Assembly (NCBI RefSeq): GCF_039541115.1
Contig: NZ_BAABFP010000008.1
Coordinates: 186,001 to 250,000 of the forward strand
DNA length: 64,000 nucleotides
Origin: Angustibacter luteus
GTDB lineage: Bacteria > Actinomycetota > Actinomycetes > Actinomycetales > Angustibacteraceae
Direction of reading: 5' to 3'
Part shown: positions 29,814-40,100 of the stretch, piece by piece
How positions within the stretch are numbered: position 1 is the first letter of the stretch
Layout of the letters: every line of letters starts with the position of its first letter
Made by a program: the position numbers and the translations under genes
The notes under the pieces: generated by a model
Seen by the model: the letters and a program-made list of their open reading frames with translations, nothing else
Database searches by the model: none
What the model was told of the DNA's origin: nothing

Positions 29814-31148
29814 ATGACATCAGCCCCGGGCGACGGCGTGGACGCGGCTTCCGCCGCGCTCGCGGACGCGCTCGAGGCGATCAGCCGATTCGCGCAGATC
29901 CCGGCCTGGCGGCTGGCCGATGGGCAGCTCACCGAGGCCGTCGCCGGGCTCGACGCGCTGACCCGGCGGGTGGGTGCGCAGTCGGTGCGGGTGGTCGCCG
30001 AAGCCTCCTCCCGCGGGCTGCCCGCGCAGGCAGGGCACGGCCGGGCAACGGGCTGGATCCGGCAGGCGGTGCCCACGATGAGCCCGCGGGACGCCGCCAC
30101 CCTGGCCCGCCGGGCGGACGCCCTCTACCCGGGTCCCGGCGCCGTCGACCTGGAGCCCACCCGAGCCGCCGTGCTCAGCGGGTCGGTCGCACTGGACCAG
30201 GCCGAGGTGCTCACCACGACGCTGTCCGCGCTGCAACCCCCGACGGTGCCGGCCGGGACCATCGACGAAGACACCCTGGACGAGGCACAGACCTTCCTGC
30301 TCGACCAGTCAGCCGCCTTCGACGCCAGCAAGCTCACCCGGATCGCCGCTTACCTGCGGCACCGGCTCGACCCCGACGCCGACGAGCGCCTGGCCCGTGA
30401 CGAAGCCGCCCGCGAACGCGCCCGCACCCTCAGCATCCACACCCTGACCTCCGGAATGGTGCATCTCGAGGGTGCACTCACCCCCGAGTGCGGCGCCGCC
30501 CTCCGCACGGCGATCGACGCGTGGTCCGCACCCCAGCCCGCGGCCGACGGCTCACCTGACCCACGCACGGCGGCGCAACGCCGCCACGACGGTCTGCACC
30601 GCCTCGCCGCCTCGGCGGTCGCCACGCCCGAGCTGCTCCCGACCACCCACGGCAGCCCCTACCGCGTCGTCGTCACCGTCCCGCACACCACCCTCGTCGC
30701 GGCGCTGCCCGACGGCACCCGGCTCTCGTCCGACGCACTGCGGACGCTGACCTGCGACAGCGAGGTCGTTCCAGTGCTGGTCGACGACCTAGGCAACCCC
30801 CTGGACGTCGGCGACACCCAGTACTCCTTCCCCGCCAAGCAGCGCCTGGCCATCGCCGTCCGCGACCAGCACTGCACCTACCGAGGATGCACCGCCCCTC
30901 CAGCCTGGTGCGACGTCCACCACCTCATCCCCTTCTCCCAGGGCGGCAGGACGGCCGTGCACAACGGCGCCCTTCTGTGCGGCCGCCACCACCGGCATGT
31001 CCATGCCACGGGCCAGACCGGCCGCGTCGAGCACGGCCACGTCACCTGGGGCACGGGGCCGCCGGACCATCAAGTGGCCGACGCCAACTGCGCCACCCAG
31101 GCCGTCGAAGCCCTCGTCCGCCGCTACCTCACGCGAATGCGTCGCTGA
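29814..31148 (+). CDS. DUF222 + HNH endonuclease (13E12-repeat-like family)
   Basis: RTAAQRRHDGL, LTCDSEVVPV, PLDVG, RDQHCTYRGC...CDVHHLIPFSQGGRTAVHNGALLCGRHHRHVH. Confidence 0.93.
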   Translation: MTSAPGDGVDAASAALADALEAISRFAQIPAWRLADGQLTEAVAGLDALTRRVGAQSVRVVAEASSRGLPAQAGHGRATGWIRQAVPTMSPRDAATLARRADALYPGPGAVDLEPTRAAVLSGSVALDQAEVLTTTLSALQPPTVPAGTIDEDTLDEAQTFLLDQSAAFDASKLTRIAAYLRHRLDPDADERLARDEAARERARTLSIHTLTSGMVHLEGALTPECGAALRTAIDAWSAPQPAADGSPDPRTAAQRRHDGLHRLAASAVATPELLPTTHGSPYRVVVTVPHTTLVAALPDGTRLSSDALRTLTCDSEVVPVLVDDLGNPLDVGDTQYSFPAKQRLAIAVRDQHCTYRGCTAPPAWCDVHHLIPFSQGGRTAVHNGALLCGRHHRHVHATGQTGRVEHGHVTWGTGPPDHQVADANCATQAVEALVRRYLTRMRR

Positions 31149-34100
31149 CGCCGCTGCGCAGCCACCACGCAGACTGCGCCGGAGAGCAGCAGCGCCAGAG
31201 CGAGCCAGCCCATCACGAGGACGTCGGCGCCGGTGCGCGGCAGCCCACTGGCTGGCTCGCTGGGTGTGCCCGGCGTACTCGGCGGCCCAGGCTCCTCGCT
31301 GCCGCCCAGCACGATCGGGGTGAGGGTGCGGCAGGCATCGGCCGTCCCGTCACTGCAGTTCGAGGCATCCGGTCCGGTCACGACGTTGCCCAGCACGGCG
31401 TCACCCGCCGGCGGGTCGCCGACCGTGACCGAGTAGGTGATGGTCGCGGACGCGCCCACCGCCAAGGCACCGCTCCAGGTCAGCAGCGGCTCGGTGTAGC
31501 CGGTGGTTCCCGACGACGCGCTGGCACTGCCGTTGTAGGTCGCGTCGTCCAGCACGCCGGTCAGGTCGTCCGTGATGGTCGCCGGATCGGTTGCGGTGTA
31601 GTCGATCTCGCCGCTGTTGACGACCTCCACCGTGTACCGGACAGTGTCACCGGGGTCCACGCTGCCCGTCGGGCTGGCGGTCTTGGTGATGGTCAGCCCG
31701 GGCTCGAGGACCGTGGCCTCGGTCGAGCAGTCCGGGTCGAGCGGCGCATCGGCGGCGGCCGCCAGTGGTCGTGACTGCAGGACGCGGGCACCCTCCGCCA
31801 GAGGCACGGGGCAGTTGCTGTCCGGCGGGCCGACCAGGACGTTCGGCAGTCGTCCGTTACCCGCACCCGGCGGCTTGACCGTGACGGAGTAGGTAATCGT
31901 CACCGTGTCGCCCGGATCCAGCGAGCCGTCCCAGCCGATCACCTCGCCCTCGACCCCCACTCGGCCGAGCGAGGCCTGCAGGTCGCCGTTCCAGCTCGCG
32001 TCATCGAGCACGTCCGTGAGCCGGTCCGTGAGCTTGGCGGACTCCGGGACGACGTAAGGGACCGCACCGATGTTCTCCGCGGTCAGCGTGTAGGTCACGA
32101 CGTCACCCGGGACGACGTCACCCGACGGCTGCTGCGCTTTGGCCATCCGCAGTGCCCGGATGGCCGCCGTGACGGTGCAGCCGTCCACGGTCGGGTCGGC
32201 GCAGGTGGACTCCGGTGGGCCGGTGACCGCGTTGGTGAGCGTGCCGTTCCCGGTGAGGGGGTCGTTGACCGTCACCGAGTACGTGACCGTCGCGGTCGCA
32301 CCCACGGCCAGCGGTCCGGCCCACCGCAGCGTCGGGGCGGAGTAGGCCACCACGCCGGCGCTGGCGGTGGCGTCGTCGCCCCAGGTGGCGTCGTCCACGA
32401 CGTCGGTCAGGTCGTCGCTGAAGCTCGCCGGGTGGACTGGGGTGTAGGCGACCTGACCGCTGTTCGTGACCGTCACGGTGTACGCGATGGTCTCGCCGGG
32501 CCCCACCGTCGGTCGGGCGCTCTGGGACTTGACGATGTCCAGGCCACGGGTGAGCACCGGCATCTCGGTCGTGCACCCCGCGGCGGTGGGGTCGCCGCAG
32601 GTCGACTCGGGCGGCCCGGTGACCGCGTTCGTCAGCGTCCCGTCGCCGGGCGTCGGGTCGTCCACGGTCACGGAGTACGTGACGGTGGCGGTTGCCCCCA
32701 CGTCGAGCGCGCCGGACCAGCTGAGCGTCGGGTCGGTGAAGCTGACCTCACCGGCGCTCGCCGCCGCGGTGTCGTCCCAGGTCGCGTCGTCCAGGACGGC
32801 CGTCAGGTCGTCGTCGAAGGTCGCCGGATCCGTTGCGGTGTAGGGCACCTGGCCGCTGTTCGTGACCTTCACGGTGTAGAGCACCGAGTCACCGACCGCA
32901 ACCTCGTCGGACGGCTCGGACGTCTTGACGATCGTCAACGAGCGGACCGGTGTGGTCGTCGTGCACCCGGGCCCGTCGCCGTCAGCGCAGCTGGACTCCG
33001 GCGGCCCGGTGACCGCATTGGTGATCAGCCCGTCCCCGGTGACCGGGTCGTTCACGGTGACCGAGTAGGTGATCGTGGCGCTGGCGTCGACCGCCAACGG
33101 GCCGGACCAGGACAGGGTCGGGGCCGTGTACGTCGCGGTGCCGGCGCTGGCGGCGGCGTTGCCGTCGTAGGCGGCGTCATCGAGGACGTCGGACAGGTCG
33201 TCCGCGAAGGTCGCCGGCTCGCCCGCGGTGTACGCGGCACCCCCCGAGTTCGTGACGACGACCGTATACGTCACGACGCCGCCAGGAAGCACCTCGCCGG
33301 TCGGAGCCGCCGTCTTGGTGATCTGCAGCGCCCGGACCAGGGTCGTCGTGGTGCAGCCGGCCGCGGTCGGGTCGGCGCAGGTGGACTCGGCTGGGCCGGT
33401 CACCGCGTTGGTCAGCGTGCCGTCCCCGGACGGCGGGTCGTTCACGGTCACCGAGTAGGTGATCGTCGCCGTCGCACCGGCGGCCAAGGGGCCCGACCAG
33501 CTGAGTGTCGGGGTCGCGAAGCTCACCGTTCCGGCACTGGCGGCCGCGTCATCGTTGTAGGTCGCGTCGTCGAGGACGGCGGACAGGTCGTCGCTGAACG
33601 TGGCGGGTTCGGTCGCGGTGTACGGCACCTGGCCGGTGTTGGTGACCTTGACGGTGTACGTGACCTTGCCGGTGGGGGTGACCTCACCCGTCGGCGACGA
33701 CGTCTTGACGATCTGCAGGGCGCGGACCTGCGTCGTCGTGCTGCAGCCGTCGTCCGTCGGGTCGGCGCAGGTCGACTCCGGTGGGCCGGTTACCGCGTTG
33801 GTCAGCGTGCCGTCCCCGGACAACGGGTCGTTCACCGTCACCGAGTACGTGATCGTCGCCTCGTCACCTGGTGCGAGCGCGCCCGACCAGGAGAGCGCCG
33901 GCGTCGCGAACGCCGCCGTGCCGGTCGACGCCACCGCATCGCCGTTGTACGCGGCGTCGTCCAGGACCGCGGACAGATCGTCACTGAAGGTCGCGGGATC
34001 GGCTGCGGTGTAAGGAGCCTGACCGGTGTTCGTGACCGTCACGGAGTAGGTGACCGTTCCGGCCGGGGTGACCTCACCGGTCGGCGACGACGTCTTGCTG

Positions 34101-37100
34101 ATCTCGAGCGACTGCAGCAGCGTCGTGGTCGTGCAGCCGTCGTCGGTCGGGTCGGCGCAGGTCGACTCCGGCGGCCCGGTCACCGCGTTGGTCAGCGTGC
34201 CGTCCCCGGACAGCGGGTCGTTCACCGTCACCGAGTACGTGATCGTCGCCTCGTCACCCGGTGCGAGAGCCCCCGACCAGGAGAGCGCCGGCGTCGCGAA
34301 CGTCGCCGTGCCGGCGCTGGCGACCGCGTCGTCGTTCCAGGTCGCGTCGTCCAGGACTGCGCTCAGGTCGTCGGCGAAGGTGGCTGGATCGGTTGCGGTG
34401 TACGGCACCTGCCCGGTGTTGGTGACCCGCACCGTGTAGGTGACGACGCCGCCGGGCGTCACCGTCCCCGTCGGGGAGGATGCCTTGACGATGCTCAGCG
34501 ACTGCACGGCCGTGCTCGTGGTGCAGCCGTCCGCGGTGGGGTCGGCGCAGGTCGACTCCGGCGGGCCCGTCACGGCGTTGGTGAGGGTGCCGTCCCCGGT
34601 CAGCGGGTCGTTCACCGTCACCGAGTAGGTGATCGTCGCGTCGTCACCCGGCGCGAGCGCGCCCGACCAGGTGAGGGTGGGGTCGTTGAAGGCCACCGTT
34701 CCGGCAGTCGCGGCCGCGTCCCCGTTGTACGACGCGTCGTCCAGCACTGCGGTCAGCTCGTCCGAGAAGGTCGCCGGATCCGCGGCCGGGTAGGCGCTCT
34801 GCCCGCTGTTGGTCACCGTGACCGTGTACGTCACGGTGCCGCCCGGTGTCACCGCCCCAGCGGGTGACGCCGTCTTCACGATCGACAGGGACCGGACGGG
34901 AGTCGTCGTGGTGCACCCGTCCGTCGTCGCGTCGGGGCAGGTCGACTCCGGCGGGCCGGTCACCGCGTTCGTCAGGGTGCCGTCGCCGGTCAAGGGGTCG
35001 TTCACCGTCACCGAGTAGGTGATCGTCGCCGTGGCGCCGGCCACGAGCGGACCACTCCAGGTCAGGACCGGTGTGGTGAAGGAGGCGGTACCCGTGGACG
35101 CCGCGGCGTCGTCGTTCCACGTGGCGTCGTCCAGCACCGCCGTGAGGTCGTCGCTGAACGTGGCCGGATCCGCTGTGGTGTAGGCGACCTGGCCGCTGTT
35201 GGTCACCGCCACGGTGTAGGTGACGACCCCGCCAGGGGTGACCTGACCGGCCGGGGACGCCGTCTTGGTGATGGTGAGCGCCCGCACGGGCGTCGTGGTC
35301 GAGCAGCCGTCCGCGGTCGGGTCGGCGCAGGTCGACTCCGGCGGACCGGTCACCGCGTTGGTCAGCCGGCCGTCACCCGTCACCGGGTCGTTCACCGTCA
35401 CCGAGTAGGTGATCGTCGCGTCGTCCCCGGCGGCCAGCGGCCCGGACCAGGACAACGACGGATCGTTGAAGGCCGCTGTCCCGACGTCGGCGGTGGCGTT
35501 GCCGTCGTACGTCGCGTCGTCCAGCACCGCGGTGAGGTCGTCGGAGAAGGTCGCGGGGTCGACGGCGGTGTAGTCGACGCCACCGGTGTTCGTGACCTGC
35601 ACGGTGTACGTCACCACGCTGCCCGGCACGACCTCGCCGGTCGGCGTGGAGGTCTTGGTGATCTCCAGCGCGCGCACCGATGTCGTGGTGGTGCAGCCGT
35701 CCGCGGTCGGGTCGGCGCACGTCGACTCCGGCGGGCCGGTGACGGCGTTGGTGAGGGTGCCGTCCCCGGACACCGGGTCGTTCACCGTCACCGAGTAGGT
35801 GATCGTCGCGACCGCACCGGGTTCCAGTGCCCCCGACCAACCCAGCGTCGGAGCGGTGTAGGTCGGGGTGCCGGGGTTGGCCGCCGCGTCGCCGTTGTAG
35901 GTCGCGTCATCCAGGACGGCGGACAGGTCGTCACTGAAGTCCGCCGGATCGGCTGCCGTGTAGGCAACCTGACCCGTGTTGGTGACCGTGACGGTGTAGG
36001 TGACCGTGCCGCCGGGGGTGACGTCACCGGTGGGCGACGCGGTCTTCGTGATCTGCAGGGCCTGGACCAACGTCGTCGTCGAGCAGCCGTCCACGGTCGA
36101 CTCGGCGCAGGTCGACTCCGGCGGCCCGGTCACCGCATTCGTCAGCGTCCCGTCCCCGGACAGCGGGTCGTTCACCGTCACCGAGTACGTGATGGTGGCG
36201 TCACCGCCCGGCGCGAGCGGACCCGACCACGTGATGGTGGGGTCGTTGAAGACCACTGCGCCAGCACTCGCGACCGCGTCGCCGTTGTAGGTCGCGTCGT
36301 CCAGCACCGCGGTCAGCTCGTCCGAGAACGTGGCCGGGTCGACGGCGGTGTAGGCGACCTGCCCGGTGTTGGTGACCGTCACCGTGTACGTCACCGTGCC
36401 ACCCGGAGTGGTGCTCCCGCTCGGGGCCGAGCGCTTCACGATCTGCAGCGCCCGCACCAGCGTCGTGGTCGTGCAGCCGTCGGCGGTCGGGTCGGCGCAG
36501 CTGGACTCCGGTGGGCCGGTGACCGCGTTGGTGAGGGTTCCGTTCCCGGACAGCGGGTCGTTCACCGTGACCGAGTACGTGATCGTCGCGGTGGCGCCCG
36601 GCGCGAGCGCGCCGGACCAGGAGAGCTTGGGCGTCGCGAACGTCGCCGTGCCGGCGCTGGCGGTCGCGTCGCCGTTGTACCTCGCGTCGTCCAGCACCGC
36701 CGTCAGGTCGTCCGAGAACGTCGCCGGGGCGGCAGCGGTGTACGGCACCTGCCCGGTGTTGGTGACCCGCACCGTGTAGGTCACGACGCCCCCGGGCGCC
36801 ACCTGCCCGGTCGGGGCCGACGACTTCTCGATCTGCAGGGCCCGGACCAGCGTCATGGTCGTGCAGCCAGCTGCCGTCGGGACGGCGCAGGTGGACTCCG
36901 GTGGGCCGGTGACGGCGTTGGTGAGGGTGCCGTTACCGGTCAACGGGTTGTTCACCGTCACCGAGTAGGTGATGGTGGCCGTGGCCCCCACCGCCAGCGG
37001 TCCGGACCAGGACAGCCTCGGTCTCGCGAACGTCGCCGTGCCAGCGCTCGCGGTGGCGTCGCCGTTCCAGGTGGCGTCGTCCAGGACCGCGGTCAGGTCG

Positions 37101-40100
37101 TCACTGAAGGTGGCCAGATGCGCTGCCGTGTAGTCGATCTCGCCGGTGTTGGTCACCCTCACCGTGTAGGTGACCGTGCGCCCCGGCAGCACCTGCCCGG
37201 TCGGGCTCGAGGTCTTGGCGATCCTCAGACCACGCGCCAGCACCGGTGTCGTCGTCGTGCACCCGCCCGCCGTCGGAGCCGCGCAGCTGGACTCCGGCGG
37301 TCCCGTCACCGCGTTGCGCAGCGCCCCGTCCCCCGGGTCCGGGTCCTTCACCGTCACCGAGTACGTGATGGTCGCCACGGCGTCGACCGCCAGCGCACCC
37401 GACCAGGACAGCGTCGGCGAGGCGAAGGACACCGTGCCCGCGCTCGCCGCCCCGTCACCGTTGTACGTCGCGTCGTCCAGCACCGCGGTCAGGTCATCCG
37501 AGAACCTCGCCGGATCGGCCGCCGTGTACGCCACCCCGCCGGAGTTCGTGACCACGACCGAGTAGGTGACGGTGTCGCCGGGGGCCGCCGAGCCCGGGGT
37601 CGGTGTCTTGACGATCGTCAGGGCACGGACGCCGAGCCTCACGGCGCAACCGGACGACGTCGCGACGGCACAGGTCGACTCCGGCGGTCCGCGCACCCCG
37701 TTCGTCAGCACCCCGTCGCCCGAGACCGGGGCGTTCACCGTGACCGAGTACGTGATCGTGGCCGTCGCCCCCGGAGCGAGCGGACCCGTCCAGGACAGGT
37801 TCGGCGTCGCGAACGAGACCGTCCCCGCCGACGCCGCCGCGTCGCCGTTGTAGGTCGCGTCGTCCAGCACCGCGGCCAGGGAGTCGGTGAACGTCGCCGG
37901 ATCACCCACGGTGTACGCCACCTTGCCGCTGTTCGTGACCCGCACCGTGTAGCCCACGGAGTCACCGGGCCGAAGCACCCCAGCGGCACCCGAGGTCTTC
38001 ACGATGGTCAGCGCCCGCACCGGCGTGGTCGTCGTACACCCCACGGACGTCGGGACGGCACAGTTCGACTCGGGTGGCCCGGTCACCGCGTTGCTCAGGA
38101 TCCCGTTGCCGGTCAACGGGTTGCTGACCGTCACCGAGTAGGTGATGGTGGCCGTGGCACCCACCGCCAGCGGTCCGGACCAGGACAAGGTCGGGCTCGC
38201 GAACGTCGCCGTTCCCGCGCTCGCACTCGCGTCGCCGTTGTAGGTCGCGTCGTCCAGCACCGTTGCCAGGTTGTCCGTGAAGGTGGCTGGGGTCGTCGAG
38301 GTGTAGGGCACCTGGCCGGTGTTGGTGACCCTGACGGTGTACGTCACCTTGCCGCCCGGGATGGCCTGGGACGGCGCCGCGGACTTGGTGATCTGCAGAC
38401 CCGGGGTGGCGAAGCCGACCTGCCAGTCCTCCACCTCGCCGGAGACCGCGCCGAGCCCGACGTCCGTCACCGCCAGGGCCAGCGCCGCAGCTGCCGGTGC
38501 GGTGTCCAGCGAGACGCGCAGCCGTAGGTACGAGCTGACCGGTGGCGTCACGCCCGCCGGGACCGTCCAGGTGAGCGTGACGCTGTGGGTGGTCGTCCCG
38601 GCACTGGTGACGGCCGCTTCGGCGCTGTCGAACGTGCCGTTGTTGTTGAAGTCGATCCACCCGGCGAGCGTCGCCGGCTGCCCGGCGTTGTTGGTGATGG
38701 GTACGGCTTGACTGATCGTCCCGGCGGCGCGGTTGTAGACCGGGTTGGCGGGGAAGGCGTCGTCCGAGTCGAGGTTCGCGGCCGCCGAGGGTCGGCCGTC
38801 GTTCTCCAGCGTGACGGTGCTGCCGATCATGACCGAGGGGGCGCCACCCGCCGTGCGTGTTACCTGGTGCAGCGGACCGCCGCTGTTCAAGGTGGTGGTG
38901 TAGGAGTCCGGGGCGTCACCGAAGTCCAGCGGCAGCGGGGCGTTCACGCAGCGCGCGCCGTCGTTCTGGTTGGACGCCGGACCGTAGGAGAAGAACGAGA
39001 TGTCCGTCGGGTTGTTCATGTTGATGCGCCAGGTGTGGCCGGTGCCGTTGTTGGCGGCGTACAGGTAGCCGTTGCTGTCGGCGTACGTCGCCCCCATCTG
39101 GGGATCGTTGGTCTGCTGGCTGTTCACCCCGTTCGGCGCCGTCAGGCGACCCGGTGAGGCGACCAGCGTGGTCGTGCCGGTGCGCGGGTCGAAGCGGAAG
39201 ACCTGGGCGTTGAAGGTGTTGGCGTTGTAGCCGACCGAGTAGAGGTTTCCGTCCGCGGGGTTGAAGGACCAGTCGGCGCCGAAGACCTGGTTGGCGTTAC
39301 CCGTGCCGGTCTGGCCACCACCCACGGTCTGCAGGTACGTCGGGGAGCCGGGGTTGACGTCGACCGCCAGCCAGCGCGCGTTGGTGGGTGTGTTGGTGCG
39401 GCCGTACCAGATCCCCGCCGGAGAGACGTCCCCCGTGTTCATGGTGCCGAAGTCCGACAGCGGGAAGCCGGTGCTGCTGACGTCGGGGGCACCCAGGTTC
39501 GTCACGGTGCTGAAGTCCGGCGAGATTCGGACGAGCGCCTGCCCCCCGGCGTCGCCGGCCTGGATGTAGCCGTAGTAGTTGCCGTCCGTGACGTTGTAGC
39601 CGACCGAGTTGATCTTCGCCCCGGCGACCGTGGCCCCGGCGTTGGTGACGCCGGTGACGAGGTTGACCGTCTTGACGTTCGTCGTCTGGCCGGTGGCCGG
39701 GCTCTGCCAGAGCGTCGCGTCGGTGGGGCAGGAGCCTGGTGCCGGCGGGGGCAGGAACGTGATGCTGGTGCTACCCGGTGCCAGCAGACCGCTCGTCGTC
39801 ACGTTGCTCGGCCCGTTCGTGTAGGTGCCTGCGGTGTTCGACGTGACGTCGACGGTGAAGGTGCAGGAGTTGACGTTGGCCCCGGACAGGTCGCCGGTCG
39901 CCGAGAGGCTGCTCGGGGTTCCCGTCATGGCACCGTTCGCGCAGGTGGTCGTGAACGCCAGCGGCTGCTTGACCTGCAAGCCGGCCGGCATGGCGTCCGT
40001 GAACGACCAGCCGAGCTTGGGCCCGGACGACTGGGTCGGCGCCAGCGGGTTGTAGGTGTTGGTGACCGTGAACGTCAGCTTGCCGGTGGCACCCAGCGGG

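Noticed and set aside
29814..31148. HNH gene as an IS transposase or a Cas9/IscB-like nuclease
   Set aside because: No DDE or RuvC motifs, no terminal inverted repeats and no room for a guide RNA. It fits DUF222-HNH.
31315..38403. Regular 390-nt repeats as a CRISPR array or non-coding repeat
   Set aside because: They are in-frame protein repeats varying mostly at synonymous positions, with no unique spacers and no cas genes.
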